From contig JYFJ02002368.1 of assembly GCA_000934665.2 (NCBI GenBank), forward strand, positions 1-58,289: a DNA stretch of 58,289 bases, in the 5' to 3' direction. This document shows, piece by piece, positions 1-12,557 of this stretch. The translations under genes and the position numbers were made by a program. The stretch comes from Catajapyx aquilonaris (Eukaryota). Position 1 is the stretch's first letter; every line of letters begins with the position of its first letter. Under the pieces are notes generated by a model, which was not told the DNA's origin, ran no database searches, and saw only the letters and a program-made list of their open reading frames with translations.

Positions 1-3000
1 CCATGGGGCATATGTGGAGGCCTCCGTATCGATCTGTTTAGGTGACAGACAGAGAGACAGACAGACAGATATAGGTCTGGAAATATGTATTAGATACACG
101 CTTTATCTTCATGCTTATTAAGATATTATCCTGGTGATAAATAAATAGCGTTCTCATCACATACTGCAATATACAGTATTTGGTTATATACGGGTATACA
201 GGTTTGCATGTTACATGTAACTGCGTGTCTAACTGTCAGTCTTGAAACTGGTTAAATCATCTGACACCTTAGACTCTTAGAGCTTATACCTCTAAGGTGT
301 CTATAATCCTTAGACAATAAAGGATCTTTTATGTCTATGGCTGACACCACTGCTCTGCCTTAGCTCCTTACTTAGCCTTATACATGAATAAGAACAAGAA
401 CATCCACCCAGCATATCAGTCGAAAGTTAACCAGTTAACAAAAGTAGACTTAAAAACATATACAATCATACAATCTCATAAAGAGTGCGTTGGAAGCAAT
501 AAAATACCATAAGTTATATATGTTATTCTTAACTGGAGGCAAGTTAATAGCGTAACAATTGCGGTACTGAATTATTTCATATGATGTTAAGTCTGTACAC
601 TGCCTTGAATGTGTCATATAAGGCTTCAGCTGTGCCTTTGAGCATAATAATCACATGCGCTACACTTATATGCAACTGGCATCATGGCATGGCGGAATAT
701 CCCCACTGGTTTTATAGTCAATATATAGGTTGTAAATTATGGACTATTTCTAACAGACCGACATGAAAATAACTTATGGTACAAAAATATGCAATACTGC
801 ATTCCACTGTCTTGTAGTTGCTGGCGTGTTAACGCAGTAACTTATTCCCCCTGACAATACTGCATATCTCATCTTGAACTATGGAGTTGTTCAGTGCATT
901 CCATTCAACCTTTATGTATTTTTAATAACAATATTAGCCAATGGCCACTTTCTTTGTTTCTTCCTTTTGAACCGCCCCCCTGCAGCCTTCCTTATCCCTT
1001 GGTGTGTGCAAGGCAGCTATCCCTTGCGTATATGGCCCAAGGCTGGGAACGTACTTTATTGGCTTCTCTTCTCTTCCCCGAAGCCAGCAGAACGTAATAA
1101 ATCGGCAATCTGCTGCGACTATCCCTGGGCCCGGGGCTTTATTTCTGTCGTAAACTCATCAAAGATCCTGTGACTGGAGGCGGCAGGACGGGGGCTCAAG
1201 TGGGGGGTGTTTTTGCCAAGGGTGGAGGGGGGAAGGTATTTTGTCAGGACGGAGGGCAATTGCCCAAAAATCGGGCGCAACCGACACCCATTCTTCGAAT
1301 TTGAGACCAGGAGCTTCTGGTCACCTCTTTTGGACAAAAGGACACTGTTCAAGGCAACACCGGAAGGGACACATTCTTCTGGAGGTGCTATAAAAGTGCT
1401 TCTCAGGGTGTCTATCGATGGAGGATTTTGTGCGGAAGTAAGGCGAACGAAACGAGCCTCTATTTATAGAGTTTTTGCCATTAAACAGAGAGATATAGGT
1501 TGGAAGAGAGGTGCGAGTGACTTATACGGAAGTGACTGAGTCGTAAAGTCAAACACCGGATCTGTGCCCCATCGCAAGAGCTATTAAAGCAGAGGGGGGA
1601 CGATACTAAGGAGTTGATATGTAGGTAGTTTTTCATGCATAATTTGCACGGGAGTTACAGGGTAAACACTGCAGTTTTTCAACTGAAATGTGCAATTTTT
1701 GGGGGTGTCTCATTTTGAAGCAGCAGGTAATTCAAAGCCCGAATTGGATCAACTACCAAAGGTATTAATTTCAATGAATATTCTCTTTGGAATGACGCAT
1801 TTGAACAAGTATCATTGAATCCCATTGTGTCGAATATTAGTTGTTAAAATTATTATAAATAGCTGTTTTCTGATTTCAAATAAGTTGATTCAAAATATGT
1901 GTAACTCTGGTGTTGCTTTCAGTGTTTGAATAAGGGTTGTATTCAGGAAACAAGACTGGTCTTTTTTTTCTCGTAAAGTCGTAACTGTCAAGTGACATAC
2001 ATGGTGATATGTTGCTACGTGACTTTGTCATTCCCACTAGTCTTGACATTGGGGTTCTCCTCCCTGAGCTTAAGACTCATTTATAACTCGCTCTGTAGAT
2101 CAGCTATGCCGATTGGATTTATATGGCATGTAATAATGTCACCAGACAACAATTGAACTCTGGCAGTATTTAATTTCTGAGCATTTCGCCATGTATGTAA
2201 ATACTGACAGTATACAAGGCCACGTCTCATTTCAAAAGGTAATTATACTACAATTTATTCCAGTTTGGATTGACATCATAATTGTTGGCATTGTTATGAC
2301 CGGACAACAATGAAGATGTCATTCAAAAATATGAAAAGCATAACACATTTAGGCAGTTATTAAATTGTGTATTTGATTTACGTGCCTACTGCAAGCATCA
2401 TTTCATCGAGCCCCAAAAGCAACAATATTTAAGAAAAATTAACACAAAAAATATTTGGCAGGTGCGAAGTATACGTATAAAACAGTATGGGATGTGTGCG
2501 TGTGTGGTTGTGGGAGAGAAAAAGAGATAACACATACTTAGGTGATGGAGGGCCAAGATGGGTGATGATGAGATGCAAAATGTTGAGAGGGCTTGTTGTT
2601 CGTGCCGTTAAGTGCAGTTTATGGGCCATGGAATGGCTGAAGGAAGAGGGTTGTCCAGCCTGAGCCCATAGGAAGGTGGGAGCACCCCCTCATAAAAAGC
2701 AAAGGGGAAAAAAAGCATAAATCAAGAGAGGTTTTTTGGTTTATTTTGGATGCGGGCCTTCGAGTCTCAGCCTGGCTGGCTGCTGGCCCCCTCTTGGCTG
2801 TTTCTTGCATGCTGTTTTGCTTGGCCTGCTGTTGATTCCTATCTGAACCCAACCATGCACGAGCACCTCACAGAAAATTCTGCTTCCAACACCAATATAC
2901 CTTCAGTGTTGTCTCTTTTCATGCAGAATCATCCCCACCCATTGCCTTGCTAAGATGGAAAATAAATCCAGGCGCACTCATACAGAGGCTAAAAAGACAA

Positions 3001-3221
3001 TCTGAATCTTTTTCATTCCGCATCAGATCAGTGTAATGTCGGCTGACTTCATTTTATTTGAAGATTCGACATGCAGAACTATCAGCGTCACAGTCGCATG
3101 AATACAAGATAAGAATAACGTTTGAAGTGTGAAGATTGCATTGCTGTGGGATAGCTTCACCATAAATCATTGTCAACATGATGCTTCTGCATTGACGACA
3201 ATGCTCAATGTGTCAATAATA

Positions 3222-3269
3222 CACTCTTAACCATTTACCTTCTTTAGAGAGGGTAAATGATTAAGAGTG
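3222..3269. mobile_element. 48-bp hairpin MITE remnant with TA flanks
   Basis: TA|CACTCTTAACCATTTACC...GGTAAATGATTAAGAGTG|TA; same termini as the element at 36980-37217. Confidence 0.7.
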
Positions 3270-4281
3270 TACTGATAGAAAATAGGACATACGTAACATT
3301 ACTGGGAGAATGTTACTATTTGACGCTGAACTTGATCAACGTTGCTCAAACATTATTGCATTATATGCCCTTTTCAACTTGGAGGCACCAAAATCACTCC
3401 TAAACCACGTTTTATATGTAAACGACACAATTTGATGATAAATGACAAAGGCCTAGGGTTCTTCGACAAATAACCAAGTGATGCAGCTGCACACTCGGCG
3501 CCAGACTCTTGCGCAGGCCTTTATAATCAGTGTATCGATAAATGAGTGAATAATATATGCATCAATGTATTTAAACCTGCATTTAAACCTTTTTAATTTG
3601 AGAGAAGGTAAGTTAATCAAGACAAGAGAGTCAAATTGCAAATATCAAACTTGCTATAGTCGCACAGTGAGGCACTCCCGCATTAGGCCAACATGCTCGT
3701 TCAATTTTCCGCCATTTTAGTCCCCTCGATATGATACCGGGGTTGGTTGAAATGAAGTAAGGCATCAGCCGTGGTTGAGCAGCTGCATCCAGGTGTAGCC
3801 ATGCAAGAGCTGAGCAGAAAATGGCGGAAATTACTTCCGGTGCAATTTCTCTCGGTCCTGCGCCATCCATCCCCATGTAACAGATGGATGGTAAGCCACG
3901 CTGGATTTTTTTAAGTTAATTTTGCTGCTTCTAACCGAAACTAACAGCTAGTGTGTACACGACCACGTCTCGATCGCGACTGTATCTGCATCAGACTTGA
4001 TGAATGATATATTGTATGATCGGTGCAGAGATGAGGTGTGCAATAATAAGGCGATATAGCCAGGAGGTAAGGCCTTCTTGATCCATCATCATCGTGATGC
4101 TTAACCGACCCATCAGGTTTTTTGGGAGATGAGATATACAGACGTCCTCGGGAGGGCAGGACTCGTATATTCCAGCCGGCCTTCGCAGCCCAAGTGTGAA
4201 ATTCCAAGGAAGTTGGTTGGATGAAACAGGTGGGTGGAGGAGGAGGCTTGCTATATAGGGGGAGAGACGACTCTTCTTCAA

Positions 4282-4306
4282 CTTCTTCTTCTTCTTCTTC
4301 TTCTTC
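4282..4306 (+). repeat. (CTT)n microsatellite
   Basis: About 8 consecutive CTT units followed by a T tract. Confidence 0.9.
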
Positions 4307-7300
4307 GTCTCTTTTTTTTTGGTCTGTGTTTCTTCGCCGCCGCCGAAGCCGCCTTTTGGAGGATGGTTGATGTTGCTTTGCCCCGGGCTCTGGCTGGCTC
4401 TCATGGGCCCCATTTTCCGGCCTGACTTTCCTGGCCGCCTAATTGGGCATTCTCATTGGGTCAAGCCTGGGACATGCACTCTTGACACGTTCTCTTTGTG
4501 CACCACACCTTCGAAGTGGATGGATGGACGCTGCCTGTGCACTTTTCCCTCGGGATCTGAAGCATTGGCTTGAATCGCTCTATCCTCATTTCCATTGGGG
4601 AGAAAAAGGCAACTGAATATTGCCAAGGAAAATAGAAGTTTGCTCAAAAATAATAATAATAATATGGTGCAATTGTATGTGGCCAACGTATGTGTCCACG
4701 GTGCATATGGTATATGTGATCATTTAATTTTTCTGGGCTCATTTTCATGGAAAAACACAACAATGTGTGGTCAAGTCAAACTTTGTACGGAGCCTCCATG
4801 TTTTTGACCACAAACTATGTAATGAAGGTGCGAACTTGATAACCCCCTTTCTTTCTTCTGTTGCTGCAACGCTTCACGTTTTGCCGCAGTAATCACTGAA
4901 AAAAGCCGTATGATTAAAAACATGAAGTAGAGCGGTCCATTATTCCTGCTTTACGACACTTCTCTGCACTCAGCTATGTTTTTGCCCGTCAACAGTTTGG
5001 GGTCAATTATCGCCGTCTCAGGAGCAAATAAGGAAAAGTCCAAGCCCTTCATTACTCTCAACTGGTCAAGTGCTACTGCGAGGAAATGCAAAAGATATGT
5101 AACCAGAACCGGTTTTTTTTTTGCTCTCAAAAAAGGCGGATGCAAATTACATGAGTCTAATATACAACCGGTGATAATATTGTGTACTTGCCACCGTTTT
5201 CACACTGGCTGTAAGTCCGGGCTTTCACTTGTGTAATGTAAGGATTAGTGCCCATTTCACTTTGGCATGAGGGGTCAATTTTGCACCGGGATGTCAGAGG
5301 TCACAGCGTCCCCCTGTGGACCCAACGGAGCCGCGTACCCTTTTTCTGTCGGCAACATCCGACCCTTTTCTTCGGCGTCTTTTGACCAACCCCCCCGTAC
5401 ACTCTTGGGGCTGACACCGTCCCCTCCATTACAAAACCATTAATATTTGGAGGCATGTCGTGCGCCCTGCCCGCTTCAAAACGGGTTCGCTGACCCTCCT
5501 GTGTCCCCCCTTGTGACCTGATCTCTTGGGCTGCACTTTGCGGTCTCCTTTTGCCAGCACTGACACATGTTTCTCAAAAGCAAGGAGGGTCAACGACCCA
5601 GCCACAATACATTCCACTGTATGAATGTGGCAATAGGTTCAAATAATTATTTAGGCTAATTTTAAAAATTATATATTCATAAAATGTGCACCTCTTGTAT
5701 ATTGAAAGGTGAATGAATGAGTTGGTGTGGAGTGATTTGGAATAGGTGGCAATGACCTTTTCAGGATAAATCTGCTGGAGGATCATGCATGGGCAGAAGC
5801 AGTGGGCGATTTGGAAAATTAAATACAAGTCCTTGGTAGGGCCTAAAAAAGAGAGGAAGAGGCGGGACAGCTTATTTGGGAAGTGCGCATCACCCACTCT
5901 GTCAAGGTTGCACATTATAATTGCCAAAATTAGGCAGAGGGGGATGCCGCAAAAGGGTATTTAAGATGTGTAAAAAAAAGTTATATATATTTTTTTGCAT
6001 TTTACGAGGGGAATATGAAGTAAAATCATGTACTACAAAGGGTAACGATTATACGACGTTCTCAGGACAAAATTTTATGGCAATATAGGCTGAGGAAACG
6101 AGGCGCTCATTTTCAGACCAATTGCTACACATCCTGAATAATTTCACCTCAGAAACCTTTATAGGCATATGATACATCTGACAGCACATATGCTTGGACT
6201 AAAGTAACTTACAGGCTGCTTCAATGTAACGCCCAGCATCTGCCCATTTAATTTATTTGCATGATTTCTAAGTGAAACTCTATATAGCCTAAAATTGGAG
6301 GAATTTACATCAGTGTTATTCTGTGCTTATATTGTGTTCATTGTTTAAATGGGAGGGAGGAAATTGTTGCACATTGCGTCAATTACCATGCAGGATGCTT
6401 TGAAGTGATACGCTTGCCTATATGCAGCAGGTTTCAATATTGGTTAATTTCTCAATATCGGTTAGGCAGAGTCCGCAGAGGCTACTGCCATGTAACAGTA
6501 TTACCGCGAGTTTCAAAAATAAGTAGTTGGTGGTATTGTTATTTTTTTTAAGAATTTTATCCAAAACTTAGCATATAATAATGTTATTCACACAATGGAT
6601 GAAAGAGCCTGTAGGATGAGCGCCCAGCATGAGACAAATTGCTGTAATTATAATAGAAGCAATAGTGCTGCTCTATCAGATATAGAAAATCTAAATTCAG
6701 ACATTTCTTTAATCGACATAGCGTTTGTTTCCAGCAGTTAAAATATGTCTCGTGTCGGGCTGTGTTTAGTTTCAATCATAATAAATGATTTTAAAAGATT
6801 AACAGCCAGATGGTAATTTTGAAACGCGGATATATTTACTGTAGGCCTATACTGTACGTTTGAACGTTGTTTTGCATCAATAAGCGTGAGTGTCCAATTC
6901 AGAGCAGTTTTCTATTAAGACATGATCTCAATTGTTTTTTTTTAATTTGAAAGAAAACAGGAACAAAATCCTTACTTTTAATTAAAATACCAGAACACCA
7001 TTTGAGAGTGAAATATGATCCGCATCACTCGGGAATCAACGCATCGGTCAGGAATGTACTGGTACATCAGATTATTATCTGGATTGACATATTTTAACTA
7101 ATATTATTATTAGTTTTAACTAGACACTGATGATATAGATTAGTTAGAGGTCTCCACTGAATATGGTTGGCATTATTGGGTTCTTATAATACCCAAATGT
7201 TCTGTGCCAACTGACGATAAATAGTTTTGCCTTTAGGCCTTCCAACTACAACGTGATGCGCATTATTCGAGTAGCGTCTCTGTCTGATTCCATAATTATG

Positions 7301-10300
7301 ATGATCACATATCGTCGGCGGATACAAGAGAAACACAGTAAAAAACAAGTTTCAAGTTCATCCAATAACTTGGATTCAATAGCATCTAATGTCTAATGAA
7401 TGAGACACACCCACCTTGTGAATCCATTTTCGGCGTCCTTCCCTAGAGCTTTGCTGATCACTGACTGATGGTGTGACTTCTGTTACATACGGACCGATGG
7501 CAGACCCATGTTTTCCCTGGCATCCGGAGCAGCAGGCCAGGTGTTTCTTTCTCTCAGAGGTCATCAGGTTCCGAAAATTATTTTATGACATAATGCTACA
7601 CCGGTGGTCATTCTGAGACACATCTGTATACCTACTCCTAGTCTAGCCGGTGCCTCGGTTAGTAACACAAAATGATAGACCAGATGCCGCCTGGAGAAAT
7701 TTCGGCTCCTGTACCCACATATGTTTATTTGCATAGCACTTAAAAAGGTCGCCGCATCCCCACGTGCTTGCTTGAACAATTAAACTGCAATTAAGCCCAC
7801 ATGAATTTTGTTGGTTCGTTATTATAAATACGAGCCAGCACGTGCAGCGTTGCAAAATAATGAGGGCGTCCAAAGACAGGTTTCTTTGGGACCGCTGTGA
7901 TTTATGGCCGACGACAACCGTCCGGTTTATGTACCCCGTACACCGCACGGTACTTTTCACAAACGGCCACGTTGCTTTCATCTGCTCGCATATCACCTTT
8001 CAACATATGCGGTTGCAGTGAACATTATTTTAAAATTATTATTATAAAAATACATTTTGAGTCATCCTGTAGGTTGAATGACAGTCGGAAGCGGGCACGC
8101 GCTAGATCTGCTGGTCTATATCACTACTGCACTTTTCTTATTTACAACTGAGTCGTAAAAACCTCTTAGTGTGGAGGGTGGGGTTTGAGGGATAATAATG
8201 TTACCTTGAAACGATAAGAGTGGAAGCCCCATCATGGAAATTCTGCTTGTAAATGGCGCTTTGCAGCCGCAAAACAGCTTTATGCGTGGCTCTGAGCATT
8301 CGGACTATAAACCCTTCCATGCCGACTACTGCCTCTGCCTTTTTGGCCCCCAAAGATTTAACGCCAGGCCTTAATGTTCTGCTTGTACAACCCCGGGCCT
8401 CCATTACGTCCACATTAGTATTATATTGTCCGCCCCCATATATTTTTACACCCACACTACTTGCATATAGGATTGCAGCATTTGGGTGGTATTTCGGCTG
8501 TCAGTTTAGCGGGCACCATCATATAAAACCCAAGCAGTAGTGTTTTAGGCTGAAAAAAGGCGGTTTTTCACTTAATGCCAGCAGCTTTGGGGTTTTGAAG
8601 GGGGGTTCTTCTCATTATGAGTCGGCCGCTATCCATGATGCGCCATATAATGTGAATGACATCATAAAGGTGATTGAGCTAATATAAGGCTTATCGAGGT
8701 GCAGCATCGCCTACTCTTCTGTAGCTCCTGCTGCTCAGGATCACACTCTGATTGAAAGATTTACACACAACCAACTATCGCCTCTCAACTATTGCCCGGC
8801 CGCCTCATCATGCGCTCCTCTATTATATTTTTTTATCACATTGTTATATCGCTTAGAAATTTATAGGTCGTAATCGGGAATTGCGTCATGTTGTTTGTAT
8901 AATTGGGAGGAATGGAAAAAAAAGGGGTGAGGTGTCGGAATGAGCAAATTTGTATTTTGTTATTAAATTATGAATATTGTGTGCTGTAAAGAACTATAAT
9001 GGATATGGTGTCGTTTGCTGCACAGTTAGGCCATTTTGATTTTCCTGACTCAATTACCAATCCGTTTAGTTTATGGCATTGTTTTAGCTCCCCTATACAC
9101 CACAGTGTAAGATATCCGGCAGTCCGAATGATTTTATGTGACGGGCAATATAAGCATTAAAATTAACTTAATGGGATACGATTGTATTGCTCTTTGTAAA
9201 TGCGTCCACAAGGGGTGCTTCTGCTGTGGTTTCCGCTCTTCATCCTTTCCTCCCCTCCTTGTCGTTCTTTTCACCAGAAACATTCAGCCGGTGTTTCTGT
9301 TGATCAATAGGGTCCCACAAAATATAGCCTAATTTCAGGAAGCAGTTTTCTATTGCCAATTATTTTACCGTGTTTTAAAATGAACATTTCAGCGTGAACA
9401 TGTTGAGGATTCACCCCAGTGCACTTTTCATATGGTTGGCCAAGTATAACCTGCAGGATACAATGTTTTTCTGATAGAAATGTCTGGCCGTCCTAGCTGG
9501 CGTGATAATACAGTCCACGAAATTGTTAGATGTAACTGATGTACACAGCTCTTATATACGGTTGCTCATTCTCCTTTAATTTTTCCACGTGCCAATATTG
9601 ATGACGTGAATCATTTGTTCAGTATATCCCCGCAATATGGAGCGAAGACACGTGGTATATTTCTCCCCAATAGTATGATATTTTGATGGCATTAAAAAGT
9701 GCAGGTGATGTTGTTGTCAGGTATTTGTTCCGGTAATAAAGATGACATGATAGAACACTGTCCCTGAACAATGCAACAAAGTATAAAATGTATATTGGCA
9801 TCCTTCCAGGGTGGCTAGGTGGAAATTTTACTAAACTCGGCAATTAATTATTATTAGAGCAGAGAATAAAGGGGGTGTCTATTTTACTGCATTTTATTTA
9901 GTTTGATGGTTTAGACTTTAGAGGATGATGCAACACATGTTCGTAAATGCTGTACTGATAAGGTGGCCTATATGTAGCCTAATAATAGTATACTTTTTAC
10001 AAAATATTGTACCCTCAGTATACCACAGTTTTCTAGACGTTTCTTTCTGAAATAAAGCAAGGCAACAAGTGAAGCGCAGGAGATATGCACATGTAGGCTA
10101 CCTTTCACGATTATCTATGTCCAAAGTTTAAGGAGTAACTGATATATGCCAGGGGATAAAAATTTATGATTGCGTAAAATCACTGCAAAACCACAAACAG
10201 GTGCATATACTAGCACATTTTAAGGAGTTAAAAAACTAAATATTTACTACACAGTCAGAATTAACTACAATTTTAGCAAACCAGCACATTAGCCTTATAT

Positions 10301-10365
10301 ATTGTTCATTTGCAGTACAGGGCAGCAGTATACATAAGGTTTGGTTGCATCTGTATATACATCGG

Positions 10366-10778
10366 ATTTTTTTTTTTTTTTTTAGATATACCCCGTGCTA
10401 GAGCCATGCATGGGCTCTCTTAGGGGAGTGGAATACCACCATGTGCAGGGACAGGGTGGGGATAGGAGGGGGGGACACTGGTGCATGTGCAATGTCATCA
10501 AGTTGGGGGTCGTGTGCAGTCCCTCAGGGGGCCCGTTCGCCAAGATGACCCCCTACATGCGAGTTAGAAACCCCCGACTAACCCGCACCTCCTCCAGGAC
10601 AGGGAAAGGAAGGAAGCGGCTGTGGCCTATTTTACGGTACGATCCCGGAAATTATTCCTGGGGCGACCTTGGAAAACCACAGAAACCAAGGTCAGGACCG
10701 CCGGCCTCCGGGACTCGAACCCAGGACCTCCCGATTAGCAGTCGGATACCAAATCCCCTCCGCCACTACTGCTTCGGT
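10366..10778 (-). mobile_element. tRNA-derived SINE with poly(A) tail and 10-bp target-site duplication
   Basis: On the - strand: tRNA-like head with A-box-like TGGCGGAGGGG, arm TCCGA-CTGCTAA-TCGGG (10746-10730), B-box GGTTCGAGTCC (10721-10711), a body with GGTTTTCC...CCAGG...CCGGGAT...GGCCACAGCCGCTTCCTTCC, and an A17 tail (T17 at 10367-10383). TSD TATACATCGG at 10356-10365 and 10779-10788. Confidence 0.88.
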
Positions 10779-12229
10779 TATACATCGGGAATTGATAATA
10801 TTGATCTTGTTGATCTTATTGATATTACTAGCAGCAGGTTACTCGGCGTTCCCGGGTATGTTGTGGTGGTATAGTGGTCGGGATATCCATATCTATATTA
10901 ATTATTTTTAGGACGTTTGTTTATAACATTTTAATTCCATATACACTCGATATGCCTTAATACTGGAGGTCTCATGGGCCATTGTGTATAGTAGGCTAAT
11001 TACAAACAATAAGCGAAAGTTTGTCATTACCTGTGAAGGGCAGAAGGGTGTAACCCTGCACACGTTTTTGTACCAAACGATCAGACATTTTTTTTTTCAA
11101 TCTAGTCTATATACCAATTAAATGAACGCCGATAAACAATATTGACTTACCCCCTTCTTGCACCATACCCTTCAATATTATTGCAGCAATTCTTGATGAT
11201 GCGCCTTATAGCCGAAACTGTTGCACATATTGTAAAGTCGGGTGTCTATTGTTATGTAGACACAACTTTTTAGTATTATGTAGCTAGAAACAGAAAGCCA
11301 TCAGTTGTTTTGTTTCTGCCTCTTGTGTAGTGGTATTCCCCTGGATTTCTATAGCGAACAAACACACTCACCCCCATCCTCATTTATGTAGATATAGATT
11401 AACGGTTAAGTTGATTGTTTATTACAACAATGAATAAGAAGGACAAATCCTATAACTAGGCCAATGTTCTGCTCTCAGTGGTGCAAACTACTGCAAACGA
11501 ACTCGATATATTCTCGGCACATGTCACATTAGCTTACAAATCATATTCTGAATATTTATTCACCATTCACTTCGTAACAGTTTTTATTCAGTCTATACTC
11601 TGTAACAGTTCCATAAAAGCAGAGATTTTCTGTTTGTTTTGTGTCATGACCTTCCGTAATTTTGTTTAGAAACAGCGACAAAAAGAGCAGGAATCGCTAA
11701 AACTGACCTAACTTAATTTATATAGACATTTCAGTTACAACACCACTAATTGGCATCCCATATAATCATATATGGTACCCCAATCATGTGAATTGCCAGA
11801 GTCATCTTTTGCTAACTGTCCTCTTACACTTTCCATCTCAGATCTTCTGGAACACGATTGTCAAGGGCATTTAGGCTTCCTAATTCCTAACAATAATGCT
11901 CAATTTTCTCTAAATTAATTTACAATCAAACTATGCAAAATCTCTGATATTATGCATAATGTTATATTTAAAAATATGATATTTTCCCTTTAATTCGTTA
12001 TATGGATTCAACCTGCTTTCCATAAAATGAGCCAATGTTGAATCCTCATTGGAATGTTCCTCCTATTGTCACCAGTCACCAAAGTGTCGAATAGAGATTG
12101 ATGTCCACGCAGCTAAAGGATGGATTGGGGGGGTGGGTGGGTTGTATAGGAACAGGTTTTGAGGCTAGCTGGCTGGGGCTGGCTGGCATGATTAGGAGGC
12201 CAGCAGGCTGCCTCGCAACGATTCCCAAG

Positions 12230-12557
12230 CGGCCATAATTGTTGTTGCCGTGAAAGCCAATGGCAAGCCCTATTCCGATTGGCCAGGGCGCCAGTATGGG
12301 CGTACGGCGCTTGTGACGCGCAACCTTTCCCAGCGAAACAGCGTTCTCGTAGGGCCATTTATCAAAAGAGGAAGCCGCGCCCCCACCGATGCGGACCCTT
12401 GCCTGTCTGTCCCCCGCCCATACCTGCCGCACTCTGGCCACGACTATTCCTTCTTGAAGGTGTCGCGTACTTGTCTCAGATTGTGTGGCCTTCCCCATCA
12501 TGTGCTTGTAGTGCTTGGTGACGTGCGGGTTTCTTTCCTTGTAGAGACTGTGCTATC
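12230..12557 (+). promoter_or_regulatory. Probable caudal core promoter / 5'UTR
   Basis: Shift to GC/CpG-rich sequence just upstream of the ATG; CCAAT at 12257-12261, inverted ATTGG at 12278-12282, AT-rich TTTATCAAAA near 12358. TSS cannot be determined from sequence. Confidence 0.45.

Noticed and set aside
3991..4425. Poly-Lys / poly-Leu ORFs
   Set aside because: Produced by the (CTT)n microsatellite and T tract.
10395..10911. 159-aa and 80-aa ORFs, and a possible tRNA gene
   Set aside because: They lie in the SINE; the tRNA-like part lacks a closing acceptor stem and runs into a SINE body with poly(A) and TSD.
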